From assembly GCA_009885805.1 (NCBI GenBank), contig VFJZ01000050.1, positions 1,471-65,470 of the forward strand: a stretch of 64,000 bases of DNA, in the 5' to 3' direction. Origin of the DNA: Actinomycetota bacterium (GTDB taxonomy: Bacteria > Actinomycetota > Thermoleophilia > Gaiellales > F1-60-MAGs149). Positions 8,302 through 21,264 of the stretch are shown here, piece after piece. Numbering within the stretch: the stretch's first letter is position 1; each line of letters opens with the position of its first letter. The position numbers were made by a program, and so were the translations under genes. The notes under the pieces were generated by a model that was not told the origin of the DNA, did not search any database, and saw only the letters and a list, made by a program, of their open reading frames with translations.

Positions 8302-10685
8302 CCGACGAGCGCGAGCGAGGCCGCATGTGCGGCCTCGCGCTCGGCGTAGGCCGCGACCGTCTCGAGCCGGACGCGGCCTGGTGGCTCGAGCCGGCGGACG
8401 CTACCGTCGTCGAGTGCGGCGAGCCCGGCCGTCGCCAGCACCTCGGCCGCCCAGGCGGCATCGGCGTCGAGCACGGCTAGTTCGACCGGGCCCTCGGCGA
8501 GCCGCGCCCAGATCGCTGCGCACAGGGTGCGTGGCGCGCGCTCGTCGATCGTCCGCAGCGCGGCAGCGCGCTCGGCGACACCCCAGACGAGGTGGACATG
8601 AGCGACGGGCAGGCGCGCGAGTGCGTCGCGATGCGCCACGACGGTCGGCGGATCGAGCACCGCGACGTGCCGGAAACGTCCAGCGACCGCCGGTGTCAGG
8701 TCGTCGTGGGAGACGAGCCCGACCGACGGCGACCCGTCGGTCCCGGCGACTCGCCGCCAGCCGTCGCCGTCGACGACCACCGCACCGGCGAGTCCGAAGC
8801 GCCACGGTTGGAGCGGGCCGGCGAGCAGCGGCAGGCGCCGGTCGACGTCGTCGCAGACCACCAGCAGCCCCTCGCCGCACGAGGCGAGCCGGACGAGTTC
8901 GGCAAGTGCGCCACCGCCGGTGACGTCGTGCAGACCGGCCGGGCCGACGGCGACGATCTCGGCGCCCGCCTCGACCACCTCGTCGACGAGCGGCGCCCTG
9001 GTGAGCGGGACGACGGCCCTCGCCGTCAACTGCACCGCTGAGGCGCCATTCCAGTCGTTGCGCTCGACGCGGCAGACGAGGTCGTGACGGCCGCCTGCCG
9101 CCAGCCGCGCGAGGTCGCCGCCCGCGCCCCAGAACACGGTCCGACACGAGCCGGCCGCCGACCTGGCGGTGAAGCGCAGATGCCGTCCCTCCGCGCCGAG
9201 CGTGGCGACGCCGGCGAGTTGGATACCGGGCACCAGCACGCGCACGGCCGGGTTGCCGAGGCCGTGCGGTTCGAGCCGCGCGAGTTCGTCCGCGAGCGCG
9301 AGCGAGATATCGGAAAGCGACGCGACGACGTCGACACGTTCCGCCGGCACCAGGTCGGCATCCGCGAGCGCCGCCGACGCGTGCTCACCGAACGCGGCGG
9401 CGAAGGCATCGATCGCATCGACCCGGACGGTGACGCCGGCAGCTGCGCGGTGCCCACCGAACGCGACGAGGTGCTCGGCGCAGGCGGCCAGTCCGGCGTG
9501 CAGGTCGAAGCCGGCGATCGAGCGGCCCGAGCCGCGTCCCTCGTCACCCTCGATCGCGACGAGGACGGTCGGGCGCCCCAGCCGCTCGGCGACACGGGCA
9601 GCGACGATGCCGACGACACCGACGTGCCAGTTCGGCGAGGCCAGGACGAGCCCGCGCTGGGAGCGGCGATCCTCGGGCAGGGCGGCGGCGAGCGCGAGGG
9701 CGTCGCGGAGGATCTCCTGCTCGATGCCCTGCCGCTCACGGTTCCGCGCGTCAAGCAGGTCGGCCAGCTCCCGCGCCCGGCGTTCATCGTCCGTCGTCAG
9801 CAGCTCGAGCGCATCGCGCGGGTGCCCGAGCCGGCCGGCCGCGTTGATACGGGGCGCGAGCCGGAAGCCGATCTCGGTCGAACCGATTCGCATGCGGTCG
9901 CAGCGGGCGACGCGCATCAGGGCGTCGAGCCCGACCCGGCGCGTCCGTCGCAGCTGCTCGAGCCCGGCGACGACCAGGCCGCGGTTCTCGCCGACGAGAG
10001 GAACGATGTCGGCGATGGTGGCGAGGGCGACGAGGTCCAGCTCGCGGTCGAGCAGGGCCGGGTCGGCACCGCGACGGCTGACGAGCGCCTCGCCGAGCTT
10101 CCAGGCGACACCCGTGCCGCAGAGATCGGCGGGATAGTCGCCGCGACCGTGCGGCGCGACGACGGGGCAAGCGGGAAGCTCCGGTCCGGGGCGGTGATGA
10201 TCCGTCACGACCAGGGCGAGGCCGACCTCGGCCGCGCGCACGGCCGCCGCCACCGCCGTGATCCCGCAGTCGACGGTGATCAGGAGTCCGTACCCCTCGG
10301 CCGCGAGACGCTCGACGGTGTCGACGGCGAGGCCGTAGCCCTCGTCGAATCGGCTGGGCAGGAAGGGCTCCACGTCGGCGCCGAGAGCGCCGAGCAGGGA
10401 CGTCAGCACCGCTGTCGCGCAGATGCCGTCGGCGTCGTAGTCGCCGTGCACCACGATGCGGCTACCGGCGGCGATGGCGGCATCGATCGCGTCACACGCC
10501 GCGGTCATGTCGCCGAGCATCAGGGGATCGTGCTGCGCTCCCCGCAGTTCGAGGAAGTGGCGCGCCTCGCCCGCGTCGGCGAGGCCGCGCCTGACGAGGA
10601 CGTCGGCGAGTACGCGTGACACACCGAGCTCTCGCCCGAGCGCAGCGCTGGCCTCGAATGAGCACGGATCGATGACGAGTCGCAC
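8298..10685 (-). CDS. recJ: single-stranded-DNA-specific exonuclease RecJ (long form)
   Basis: 795 aa. DHH motifs (GDYDADGICA, VTDHH) and DHHA1 motif (GGHRAAAG), plus a ~220-aa C-terminal extension. Confidence 0.9.
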   Translation of the reverse strand: MRLVIDPCSFEASAALGRELGVSRVLADVLVRRGLADAGEARHFLELRGAQHDPLMLGDMTAACDAIDAAIAAGSRIVVHGDYDADGICATAVLTSLLGALGADVEPFLPSRFDEGYGLAVDTVERLAAEGYGLLITVDCGITAVAAAVRAAEVGLALVVTDHHRPGPELPACPVVAPHGRGDYPADLCGTGVAWKLGEALVSRRGADPALLDRELDLVALATIADIVPLVGENRGLVVAGLEQLRRTRRVGLDALMRVARCDRMRIGSTEIGFRLAPRINAAGRLGHPRDALELLTTDDERRARELADLLDARNRERQGIEQEILRDALALAAALPEDRRSQRGLVLASPNWHVGVVGIVAARVAERLGRPTVLVAIEGDEGRGSGRSIAGFDLHAGLAACAEHLVAFGGHRAAAGVTVRVDAIDAFAAAFGEHASAALADADLVPAERVDVVASLSDISLALADELARLEPHGLGNPAVRVLVPGIQLAGVATLGAEGRHLRFTARSAAGSCRTVFWGAGGDLARLAAGGRHDLVCRVERNDWNGASAVQLTARAVVPLTRAPLVDEVVEAGAEIVAVGPAGLHDVTGGGALAELVRLASCGEGLLVVCDDVDRRLPLLAGPLQPWRFGLAGAVVVDGDGWRRVAGTDGSPSVGLVSHDDLTPAVAGRFRHVAVLDPPTVVAHRDALARLPVAHVHLVWGVAERAAALRTIDERAPRTLCAAIWARLAEGPVELAVLDADAAWAAEVLATAGLAALDDGSVRRLEPPGRVRLETVAAYAEREAAHAASLALVG

Positions 10686-10727
10686 CCGCTGCAGAGTACG
10701 GATAGCGCCGGACGAGACGACGGCTGC

Positions 10728-13469
10728 TCAGCGCTTGCGGCGGCTACGGTCGCTGCGTCGCTGCCGAGCCGCCCGCAGCCGCTCGTCGTCTGCGATCGGG
10801 GCACCGTTGCGGTCGTCGTCGTCCGGCGGGGCGCCGACGACGACGGGCTCCTTCACCGCGGGCGCCGCCGGCGCAGGCGCGACGTCGTGCAGGAACACCG
10901 CGGGCAACTCATCCGAGCCCTGCCGCTTGGCGAACTCGGGCTCGCGCCGCTTGATCAGGACGAGGATCGGTGCGGCGATGAAGAAGCTCGAATACGCGCC
11001 CGAGAAGATGCCGATCAGCAGTGCGAACGCGAAGTCCTTCAGCGTGTCGCCGCCGAACACGAACAGGGTCGCGATCGGTAGCAGGGTGATGAAGCTCGTG
11101 TTCAGCGACCGCGTCAGGGTCTCCCAGAGGCTGATGTTGACGATCTGGCCGTACGTGTGCCGTCGCAGGAGCCGCTCGTTCTCGCGGACACGGTCGAAGA
11201 CGATGATCGTGTCGTACAACGAGTAGCCGAGGATGGTCAGGACGGCCGCGACGGTCGCCGACGTCACCTCGCGACCGGTGATGGAGTAGACACCGATCGT
11301 GATCACGAGGTCGTGGAGGAGCGCCGCGATCGTCGGTGCCGCGTAGCGCCAGTCGAACCGCGCCGCCAGGTACGCCACGATCAGGAGCATCGAGAAGACG
11401 AACGCGAGCACGGCGCTCTGCAGGATCTCGCGACCGAACGAGCCCGAGACGGTGGACTGCGAGAACTGATCGGCCGGGACGGCTGCCTCACCGAACTGCT
11501 TCTGCAGGGCGAAGCGGTAGTCGACGACCGCCTGCGGCGCGACCTCCTTCGACTCGACCTGGAACGCGACGTACTCCTCACCCCTGGGCGTGCCGGTGCC
11601 TCGGATCACGGCATCGCCGAACTGCGGCGCAATGCCCTCGCCGAGCTGCCTGATCTCGTCGACGGTGGCCGTCGTGCCACCCTCGAGCGCGAAGGTGAGC
11701 CGGGTGCCACCGGTGAAGTCGAGGCCACGGTTCAGTCCCTGCAGACCGAGCGAGACGGCACCGATGAGGATCACGAGACCGGAGACGACGAACCAGGTGC
11801 GCGTGCGTCCGACGACATCGAGGCGCCAGCGCACCGGCTTGGCGGTCGCGCCCATGAAGGCGGCGTTGTTGAACCAGCGGAAGCCGCCGAGCAGACCGAG
11901 CATCGCGCGGGTCGCAGCGACGGCGGTGAACATCGAGACGAGCACGCCGAGCGCGAGCAGCAGGGCGAACCCGCGGACGCTCGCCTGCGACGCGATGAAC
12001 AGGACCGCGGCCGTGATCAGCGTGACGGCGTTCGCGTCGACGATCGTCGAAAAGCCCTTGCGATAGCCGCCGCTGATCGCCGCGCGCACGCTGCGCCCGG
12101 CGCGCACCTCTTCCTTGATCCGTTCGAACACGACGATGTTCGCGTCTGCTGCCACCCCGATCGTCAGAATCAGGCCGGCGATGCCCGGCAGCGTCATCGT
12201 CACCGGAATCAGGAGGATCACGCCGAAGAACAGGGCCGCGTAGATGATCAGCGCGATGTCAGCGACGACGCCGAGGAAGCGGTAGAACAGCACCATCCAG
12301 GCCATCACGACGAGGAGACCGGCGAGGCCGGCGTACAGGCCCTGCTCCAGGGAGGTCTTACCGAGCGTCGCCGACACCTGCGTCTGGCTGAGGCGCACGA
12401 ACTCGACCGGTAGCGAGCCGGAGGCGAGGACCGTCGAGACGTCCTTCGCCTCTTCGAGGGTGACGCCGGTGATCTGCGAGTCGCGATCGATGCCATCGGG
12501 CGTGCGCTCGAAGTCGATGTACGGGTAGGTCTCGAGCTCGCCGTCGAGGATGACGGCGAACTGCCGCACGTAGTCGAGCGGGTTGGCATTCGGGTCAGTC
12601 GCCTTGGCGTTGTCGTAGTCCGCCTTGCCCTGTCTGGCAAGATCGCCGGTGATCTGCTTGAACAGCTTGCCGCCGCGCTCGCTGAACCGCATCGACACGA
12701 CCGGCTCGCCGGTGGCGGTATCGAAGTCGGCGCGCGCGGTCTCGAGCTCCTTGCCCGTCAGGCGGACGTCCTCGGCGGGCAGGTCGAACAGGTACCAGTA
12801 CGTCTTCTCGTTGGCCTGGATCCCGGGCGGACACGAGCGGTTGACGTTGGGCTGGCAGAAGACGACGAGCTTCTGGGCAGGAACGGCGAGCTGCTTCCAG
12901 TCGGCGGGGAGCTCCGTCACCTGCAGCTGCTGCAGCAACTGCTCCGGCGTCTTCGCCGGTTGCGGGTTCTGCAGCCGCTTGTCCTTGTCGAACGCGTAGT
13001 AGCCCGCGGCGTCGTCGCCGATGTCCTTCTGGATCGGCTCGAGGAGCTCCCACAACGACTCCTTCGGCTGGATCCCTGCGCCCTCGACCACGGAGCGCGA
13101 CACGCCGGGCGTGAGGCCGTTCTGCAGGTCGAGGAAGTAGAGGGTGCCGGTGGCGCCGACGAGGTTCGCGACGCGGTCGGGGTTCTTCTCACCGGGGAGC
13201 TGGATGGTGATGCGATCCGTCCCCTCCTTCTGGATGTTCGGCTCGGTCGTACCGGTCGAGTCGAGGCGGTTGCGGTAGATGTCGATCGCCTGATCCATGA
13301 TCTGGGGCGTCACCGCGACGCCGCGGTCCGGCTGCGCCTGCAGGACGATCTCCGACCCGCCGCGCAGGTCGAGCCCGAGGACCGGCTCACGCGACACGAA
13401 GAGAGCGGCGGTACCGGCGAGCAACGCCAGCACCAGCACGACGATCAGGATGTTTCCGCGGCTACGCAC
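10728..13469 (-). CDS. secDF: fused protein translocase subunit SecDF
   Basis: 913 aa with a periplasmic P1-like domain and two six-TM blocks matching SecD and SecF. Confidence 0.93.
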   Translation of the reverse strand: MRSRGNILIVVLVLALLAGTAALFVSREPVLGLDLRGGSEIVLQAQPDRGVAVTPQIMDQAIDIYRNRLDSTGTTEPNIQKEGTDRITIQLPGEKNPDRVANLVGATGTLYFLDLQNGLTPGVSRSVVEGAGIQPKESLWELLEPIQKDIGDDAAGYYAFDKDKRLQNPQPAKTPEQLLQQLQVTELPADWKQLAVPAQKLVVFCQPNVNRSCPPGIQANEKTYWYLFDLPAEDVRLTGKELETARADFDTATGEPVVSMRFSERGGKLFKQITGDLARQGKADYDNAKATDPNANPLDYVRQFAVILDGELETYPYIDFERTPDGIDRDSQITGVTLEEAKDVSTVLASGSLPVEFVRLSQTQVSATLGKTSLEQGLYAGLAGLLVVMAWMVLFYRFLGVVADIALIIYAALFFGVILLIPVTMTLPGIAGLILTIGVAADANIVVFERIKEEVRAGRSVRAAISGGYRKGFSTIVDANAVTLITAAVLFIASQASVRGFALLLALGVLVSMFTAVAATRAMLGLLGGFRWFNNAAFMGATAKPVRWRLDVVGRTRTWFVVSGLVILIGAVSLGLQGLNRGLDFTGGTRLTFALEGGTTATVDEIRQLGEGIAPQFGDAVIRGTGTPRGEEYVAFQVESKEVAPQAVVDYRFALQKQFGEAAVPADQFSQSTVSGSFGREILQSAVLAFVFSMLLIVAYLAARFDWRYAAPTIAALLHDLVITIGVYSITGREVTSATVAAVLTILGYSLYDTIIVFDRVRENERLLRRHTYGQIVNISLWETLTRSLNTSFITLLPIATLFVFGGDTLKDFAFALLIGIFSGAYSSFFIAAPILVLIKRREPEFAKRQGSDELPAVFLHDVAPAPAAPAVKEPVVVGAPPDDDDRNGAPIADDERLRAARQRRSDRSRRKR

Positions 13470-13502
13470 AGTGGGGGTTATCGGGCGGTCTTCGACCGAG
13501 CG

Positions 13503-13853
13503 TTAGCGGGCGGTGTCGGACGCCGACACCGAGTCATCGTCGTCACCGTCGAGATCGACCTCGTCACCGTCATCGCCGTCGTCGTCCACCGGGACGTCGC
13601 GCGTGATCCGCGCGATTGCGCGCCGATCGAAGCGGACGATGATCTCCTCGGCGACCTCGACGTCGACGGTCGTGCCGTCGGACTCGTGCACACGGCCGTG
13701 CATGCCGCCGATCGTCACGACCTCGTCGCCGGGCGACAGCGCACTCTGCAACTCCTGCTGGGCGCGTTTGGCCTTCTGCTGCGGACGGATCAGCAGCGCC
13801 CAGAAGATGACGCCGAGAAGAGCGATGGGGAGTATTCCTGCGAGGCCTTCCAA
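13503..13853 (-). CDS. yajC: preprotein translocase subunit YajC
   Basis: 116 aa. One TM helix, then LSPGDEVVTIGGMHGRV, with an acidic tail. Confidence 0.9.
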   Translation of the reverse strand: MEGLAGILPIALLGVIFWALLIRPQQKAKRAQQELQSALSPGDEVVTIGGMHGRVHESDGTTVDVEVAEEIIVRFDRRAIARITRDVPVDDDGDDGDEVDLDGDDDDSVSASDTAR

Positions 13854-13863
13854 GGTGCGCCTT

Positions 13864-16368
<2,505 letters not shown>

Positions 16369-16371
<3 letters not shown>

Positions 16372-16411
16372 GGTGGCGCTAAAGGTGCCCGGCACCTTTA
16401 GCGCCACCTCA
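16369..16411. terminator. 43-nt perfect palindrome between convergent genes; both stop codons form the base of the stem
   Basis: TGAggtggcgctaaaggtgcc-c-ggcacctttagcgccaccTCA. About 20 bp of stem, an AT-rich shoulder and no U-tract. Confidence 0.7.
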
Positions 16412-17440
16412 CGTCAGCAGCATCGCGTCGCCGAACGAGTAGAAGCCGTAGCGCTCCACGATCGCCGCCTCGTACAGGCGCCGCGTCTCGGGCACCCCGG
16501 CGAACGCCATCACCAGGGCCAGCAGCGTTGAGCGCGGCAGGTGGAAGTTCGTGATCAGCGCGCCGACGAGCCGGAAGTCGTACCCGGGCTGGATCTTCAG
16601 CCGCGTGCGGCCCACATCCGGCGCGGTGTCGTCCGCGATCGTCTCCAGCACCCGGGTCGTCGTGGTGCCGACGGCGACGATCCGACGCCCCGCCGCGGCA
16701 GCGGCGGTGATGGCGGCGCGGACGGCCGGGTCGACGGCGTACGCCTCGGAGTGCATGGCGTGGTCGTCGAGGTCGGCTTCCGTGACCGGCCGGAACGTGT
16801 CGAGCCCGACCCGCAGGTCGACCTCCAGCACGGTGCAGCGGGCGCGCACGGCCTCGAGCAGCGACGGCGTGAAGTGCAGCCCGGCCGTCGGCGCGGCCGC
16901 CGAGCCGGGCGTCCGCGCGTAGACGGTCTGGTAGCGCTCCGGCGGCGCCGAGCGCTCACGGATGTACGGCGGCAGCGGCATCTCACCGGCGACGGCGAGC
17001 GCGTCGTCGAGAGACATGGCGCTGCGCGGCCGCACGAGCAGGCGGCCGCCGTCGAGGCGCTCCACGACCTCGACCGTCAGGCCGGCCGCGGCCTCGATCA
17101 CCGTTCCCGGCACGAGCTGTCGGAGCGGCCGGGCGAGCGCCTCGAAGCACCCGTCCGCGCGCGGCTCCAGCAGCAGCACCTCGGCGCCGCCGCCGGTCGG
17201 GCGGTGTCCCCGCACGCGCACGGGCAGCACCCGCGTCGTGTTGAGGACGACGACGTCGTCGTCGCGAAGCTCGGCCGGGAGGTCGCGGAAACGGCGGTGC
17301 TGGAGCGAGCGGGAGCGGCGGTCGAACACCAGCAGCCGCGCGGCATCGCGCGGTTCGGTTGGCGTCTGCGCGATCAGCTCTGGCGGGAGAACGTAGTCGA
17401 GTTCGTCGGTGCGCACCGTCCGGAACGGTACGCTCTCCAT
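16409..17440 (-). CDS. queA: S-adenosylmethionine:tRNA ribosyltransferase-isomerase
   Basis: ELDYVLPPELIAQTP... and PLPPYI motifs. I chose the ATG at 17440. The track ORF starts at a GTG at 17455. Confidence 0.92.
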   Translation of the reverse strand: MESVPFRTVRTDELDYVLPPELIAQTPTEPRDAARLLVFDRRSRSLQHRRFRDLPAELRDDDVVVLNTTRVLPVRVRGHRPTGGGAEVLLLEPRADGCFEALARPLRQLVPGTVIEAAAGLTVEVVERLDGGRLLVRPRSAMSLDDALAVAGEMPLPPYIRERSAPPERYQTVYARTPGSAAAPTAGLHFTPSLLEAVRARCTVLEVDLRVGLDTFRPVTEADLDDHAMHSEAYAVDPAVRAAITAAAAAGRRIVAVGTTTTRVLETIADDTAPDVGRTRLKIQPGYDFRLVGALITNFHLPRSTLLALVMAFAGVPETRRLYEAAIVERYGFYSFGDAMLLT

Positions 17441-17445
17441 CCAGG

Positions 17446-18015
17446 TTGGCAGCACGGGGAGGAACCGACGAGGCGCTCGTCCGGCGCGCGCAGCGCGGCG
17501 ACCGCGCGGCGTTCGACGAACTGGTCGTCCGGCACCGGGATCGGCTGTACGCCGTGACGCTACGGCTGACGCGCCACCAGGCAGACGCCGAAGACGCCCT
17601 ACAGGAGACGTTTCTCAACGCCTACCGCGGGCTCGGCCGCTTCGGCGGGCGCTCCCGCGTCTCGACCTGGCTGTACCGCATCGCCGTCAACGCGTCGTAC
17701 GACCTCGTGGCGCGACGGCGCAGCCGCGAGACGTCGCTCGACGCGGACGCCGCCACCGAGCCGGCCGCCCCGGGCGACCCGTTCGAGCAGGACGCACAGC
17801 GGCGCGCCCTGGAACGAGCACTTGCCGGGCTGTCGGACGAGTTCCGCGAGGCGGTCGTCCTCAGCGACATCGCCGGCCTCGGTGCGGAGGAGGCGGCGGA
17901 ACTGCTCGGCGTGCCTGCTGGCACGGTCAAGTCACGGGTCTACCGGGGACGCGCGCTGCTCGCAGCCGCGCTGCGGGAACCGACCGACCCCGATCGCGTC
18001 ACAGAGGACGGATGA
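17446..18015 (+). CDS. ECF (sigma-70 family) RNA polymerase sigma factor
   Basis: Region 2 (FDELVVRHRDRLYAVTLRLT...DALQETFLNAY) and region 4 (REAVVLSDIAGLGAEEAAELLGVPAGTVKSRVYRGR). A TTG at 17446 is proposed as the start. The ATG at 17359 would overlap queA. Confidence 0.85.
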   Translation: MAARGGTDEALVRRAQRGDRAAFDELVVRHRDRLYAVTLRLTRHQADAEDALQETFLNAYRGLGRFGGRSRVSTWLYRIAVNASYDLVARRRSRETSLDADAATEPAAPGDPFEQDAQRRALERALAGLSDEFREAVVLSDIAGLGAEEAAELLGVPAGTVKSRVYRGRALLAAALREPTDPDRVTEDG

Positions 18016-18512
18016 ACCACGGCCCGGACATCCCCGACTTCGATCAGCCGCCCGCCGCGGAACTCGAACGCGTCCGGCTGCTCCTGGTCGGCCTCGGCAC
18101 CGAACGGGCCCCCGCGGACGTCACGGAGCGGCTCCAGCGCGTGCTCGACGCCGCGCTACCCGCGCCCGGCGCCGGCGCGGTCCGACGCCGCCGCTCGCCG
18201 TGGCTGCGCCGGGCGCTCCTCGGCGCCGTGCCGGTGGCAGCCGTCGTCGCGGCGGCGCTGGTCGTGATGCAGTCGCCGTCCGACGACGCCACCGTCGAGC
18301 AGGCGGCGCAGGCGCCCGCGGCCGCTGAGGCGCTGTCGAGCGCAGCCCCGGCTGCCGGCGACGCAATCCAACCTACGGGCACGGGCGCCGAGGACGGCGC
18401 AGTCGTGGAGACGTTCAAGTCAGAGGCCGTTCCGTCGCGCGAAGCGATCCGCGACGCCGGACGGGAAGCACACCGTGAGGCCCTGCGGCTGCTGATCGGT
18501 TCGCCGCCGTGA
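18012..18512 (+). CDS. putative anti-sigma factor (single-pass membrane protein, no ZAS motif)
   Basis: ATGA overlap with the sigma gene stop. 166 aa with one TM helix (LLGAVPVAAVVAAALVVM) and an Ala/Pro-rich extracytoplasmic part. The call is based on position and architecture only. Confidence 0.55.
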   Translation: MNHGPDIPDFDQPPAAELERVRLLLVGLGTERAPADVTERLQRVLDAALPAPGAGAVRRRRSPWLRRALLGAVPVAAVVAAALVVMQSPSDDATVEQAAQAPAAAEALSSAAPAAGDAIQPTGTGAEDGAVVETFKSEAVPSREAIRDAGREAHREALRLLIGSPP

Positions 18513-19186
18513 TCGCACCCGTGGCCCCGTGCCCACTCTGCGCGGCACAGACGCCGTACGACTGGAACCGCTGCGCCGGCTGCGGCGCGCAACGGCTGCG
18601 GCGCGCCGACGGCGAGCACCACGGCTTCGCCCCGGCCGGCGGTACCTGGCGCCGGCTCGCTGCCGCGCTGATCGACGTCGCCCTGTTCGCAATCCCGGCA
18701 GCGGTGGTCGTGTTCGGCCTGCCCGACCGGATCGCCGACCCCACGCCGGCAGCCGGCGGCGGCGAGGCGCTCGTCGGAGCGATCATCCTCGCCGGCCTCC
18801 TCTACGGCCCCGTCGCGATCGGCGCGACCGGCCGCACCGTCGGCAAGCGACTCCTCGACCTGCAGATCGTTTCGACGGACGGGGCGCCACCCAGCTACCC
18901 CCAGGCCGGGATGCGCGAGGGCGTCGGCAAGGTCCTGGTGATCGGGGCGACGGCCGCCGGGGCCGCACTCCTGTTGACCGCCGAGATCGACCAGCAGCTC
19001 ATCGGATTGCTCCTGCTCTTCCCCGCCGGGGCGGCGGCAGGCCTCCTCGCCGCCGATGGACGCCACCGCTCGCTGCACGACCACCTGGCCGACACGGTCT
19101 GCGTGCGCGGCGTGCCCGTCAGGAAAACAGTGTCGGATCGTCCGGCGCCGGCGGCAGCCCCAGCGTCGCCCGACCCCGCTCCGTGA
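18509..19186 (+). CDS. RDD family membrane protein with an N-terminal CxxC...CxxC zinc ribbon
   Basis: GTGA overlap with the upstream stop. [20 protein letters not shown] followed by an RDD domain ([14 protein letters not shown]...[14 protein letters not shown]). The last 68 nt overlap the ruvB 3-prime end on the other strand. Confidence 0.7.
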   Translation: MIAPVAPCPLCAAQTPYDWNRCAGCGAQRLRRADGEHHGFAPAGGTWRRLAAALIDVALFAIPAAVVVFGLPDRIADPTPAAGGGEALVGAIILAGLLYGPVAIGATGRTVGKRLLDLQIVSTDGAPPSYPQAGMREGVGKVLVIGATAAGAALLLTAEIDQQLIGLLLLFPAGAAAGLLAADGRHRSLHDHLADTVCVRGVPVRKTVSDRPAPAAAPASPDPAP

Positions 19187-20138
19187 GAATCCGGCCGCGC
19201 GGTGTCCGCTGGATCAGGCCCTGCTGGATCAGGTACGGCTCGTAGACCTCCTCGATCGTGCCCGGATCCTCGCCGAGCGCGACCGACAGCGTCGAGAGCC
19301 CGACGGGGCCGCCGGCGAACGTCTCCGCGATCATCCGCAGCAGCGTCCGATCGGCGTGATCGAGACCGTCGGCATCGACCTGGAGGAAGTCGAGCGCGGA
19401 CGCGGCCTCGTCGGCGCCGACGCGATCGATGCCGCGAACCTGGGCGATGTCCCTGACGCGGCGCAGCAGGCGGTTGGCAATCCGCGGTGTACCGCGGGCC
19501 CGCACCGCGATCAGCTCGGCACCGTCGCCGCTGACCGGCAGCCCGAGAATGCCGGCCGACCGCGCGACGATCCGCGCCAGGTCCTGCAGCTGATAGTGCT
19601 CGAGCCGGAAGTGGATGCCGAAACGGTCGTGGAGCGGCTTCGTCAGCATTCCCGCCCGGGTCGTGGCGCCGATCAGCGTGAACGGCGCCAGGTCGAGCCG
19701 CAGCGTGCGCGCGCCGGGGCCGGATCCGATCACGATGTCGATGGCGCGGTCCTCCATCGCCGGATACAGCAACTCCTCGATTGGCCGCGGCGTGCGGTGG
19801 ATCTCGTCGATGAAGAGGATGTCGTGCGGCTCCAGCGCGGTGAGGATCGCCGCCATGTCGCCCTTACGTTCCAGCGCCGGCCCCGAGATCGTGTGGATCC
19901 GCGAACCCATCTCCGCCGCGACGATATGCGCGAGGCTCGTCTTGCCCAGGCCCGCGGGACCGGCCAGCAGCACGTGGTCGCAGGCCTCGGCGCGACCGCG
20001 CGCCGCCTCCAGGTACACGGACAGTTGCCCGACGACGCGTGGCTGCCCGAGAAAGTCGGCCAGCCGCTGTGGCCGCAGCGTGCCGTCATCCTCGGGGCCG
20101 TGATCGGCCGGGTCGACCATGCGCTCGTCCGCGATCAC
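19119..20138 (-). CDS. ruvB: Holliday junction branch migration helicase RuvB
   Basis: 339 aa. Walker [10 protein letters not shown] and Walker B LFIDEIHR. Confidence 0.97.
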   Translation of the reverse strand: MIADERMVDPADHGPEDDGTLRPQRLADFLGQPRVVGQLSVYLEAARGRAEACDHVLLAGPAGLGKTSLAHIVAAEMGSRIHTISGPALERKGDMAAILTALEPHDILFIDEIHRTPRPIEELLYPAMEDRAIDIVIGSGPGARTLRLDLAPFTLIGATTRAGMLTKPLHDRFGIHFRLEHYQLQDLARIVARSAGILGLPVSGDGAELIAVRARGTPRIANRLLRRVRDIAQVRGIDRVGADEAASALDFLQVDADGLDHADRTLLRMIAETFAGGPVGLSTLSVALGEDPGTIEEVYEPYLIQQGLIQRTPRGRILTERGRATLGLPPAPDDPTLFS

Positions 20139-20743
20139 CGCGCCACCGCCCCGCGCAGACGGGCGAGCGCCGCCCGCACGCGCTCGTCGGTGGAGCCGTC
20201 GACACCCTCGAGGGCAGCCTCGGCGTCGGCCAGCGCATAGCCCAGGGCGACGAGCGCCTCGCGCGAGCCGTAGTACGCGTCAGCGACGCTGGCGCCGCCC
20301 GGCAGGCCGCCGGCTGCGGCCGCGCCGCCAGTGCCGATCTGGCCGAGCGCGACCCGGTCCTTGAGGTCGATGCAGATGCGCTGTGCCGTCTTGCGGCCGA
20401 CGCCGGAGACGGAGGCGAGCAGGGCGATGTCCTGCGCGGCGATCGCTCGCTCGAGCTGCTCCGGCGTGTACGCCGACACGACCGCGAGTGCGAGCTTCGG
20501 GCCGATCCCGGTGACGCCGAGCAGGAGGCGGAAGAGCGTGCGCTCGGCGCCGTCGCCGAACGCGAACAGCTGCAGCAGGTCCTCCCGCACGTGGAGGTAC
20601 GTCTCGAACGTGACGACCTGACCGGGCTCCGCGGCACGTTCGGCGCTGCGGGTCGCCGCGAGCTCGAAGCCGACGCCGCCGACCTCGACGACGACGCGCT
20701 CGGCCTCCCGTGAGACGACGCGCCCGGTGACGTGGGCGATCAT
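20135..20743 (-). CDS. ruvA: Holliday junction DNA-binding protein RuvA
   Basis: Internal ATG giving [10 protein letters not shown]..., with HhH motifs (GIGPKLA, GVGRKTA). It has 4-nt overlaps with both ruvC and ruvB. The track ORF to 21427 is an over-extension. Confidence 0.93.
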   Translation of the reverse strand: MIAHVTGRVVSREAERVVVEVGGVGFELAATRSAERAAEPGQVVTFETYLHVREDLLQLFAFGDGAERTLFRLLLGVTGIGPKLALAVVSAYTPEQLERAIAAQDIALLASVSGVGRKTAQRICIDLKDRVALGQIGTGGAAAAGGLPGGASVADAYYGSREALVALGYALADAEAALEGVDGSTDERVRAALARLRGAVAR

Positions 20744-21234
20744 CGCCTGCCTCCGGCGACGGGGGCGCGGACGCGGTGCGCCTGGCAGATCGCCGCAGCG
20801 AGGGCGTCGGCCTCGTGCTCGCTCCGCGGGTCGGCCGGCAGCGCCAGGATCGCGCGCACCATCCGCCCGACCTGCTCCTTCGACGCCCGGCCGTAGCCGC
20901 AGACGGCATTCTTGATCGTTGCGACCGGGTACTCGGACACGTCGAGCCCGGCGCCGCCGCAGGCGGCGAGGGCGGCTCCGCGCGCCTGCGCGAGCAGCAG
21001 CGTCCCGCGCGGGTCCGGGCCGACGTACAGCTCCTCGATCGCGGCGGCGACTGCCTCGTGCTCGCGTGCGATCTCGGTCACGGCCGCGTGGATCACCGTC
21101 AGCCGCTCGGCGTGCGCCTGACGTGGCGACGTGCGGACGACGCCGGACGCGACGAAGCGCAGGCGGGAGCCATGCGCCTCGACGACGCCGTACCCCGTCG
21201 ATGCGATGCCCGGATCGAGGCCGAGGATCATCAC
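20740..21234 (-). CDS. ruvC: crossover junction endodeoxyribonuclease RuvC
   Basis: 164 aa, ILGLDPGIASTGYGVVE... Confidence 0.94.
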   Translation of the reverse strand: MMILGLDPGIASTGYGVVEAHGSRLRFVASGVVRTSPRQAHAERLTVIHAAVTEIAREHEAVAAAIEELYVGPDPRGTLLLAQARGAALAACGGAGLDVSEYPVATIKNAVCGYGRASKEQVGRMVRAILALPADPRSEHEADALAAAICQAHRVRAPVAGGRR

Positions 21235-21264
21235 GGAGGCAGTCTACGCGCGCGATCGGCGGCT

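Noticed and set aside
19119-19186. 68-nt tail-to-tail overlap of the RDD/zinc-ribbon gene and ruvB
   Set aside because: It is probably real but unremarkable. The RDD protein ends in a low-complexity Pro/Ala tail, and in this GC-rich DNA the next stop codon simply comes late. There is no evidence of a regulatory role.
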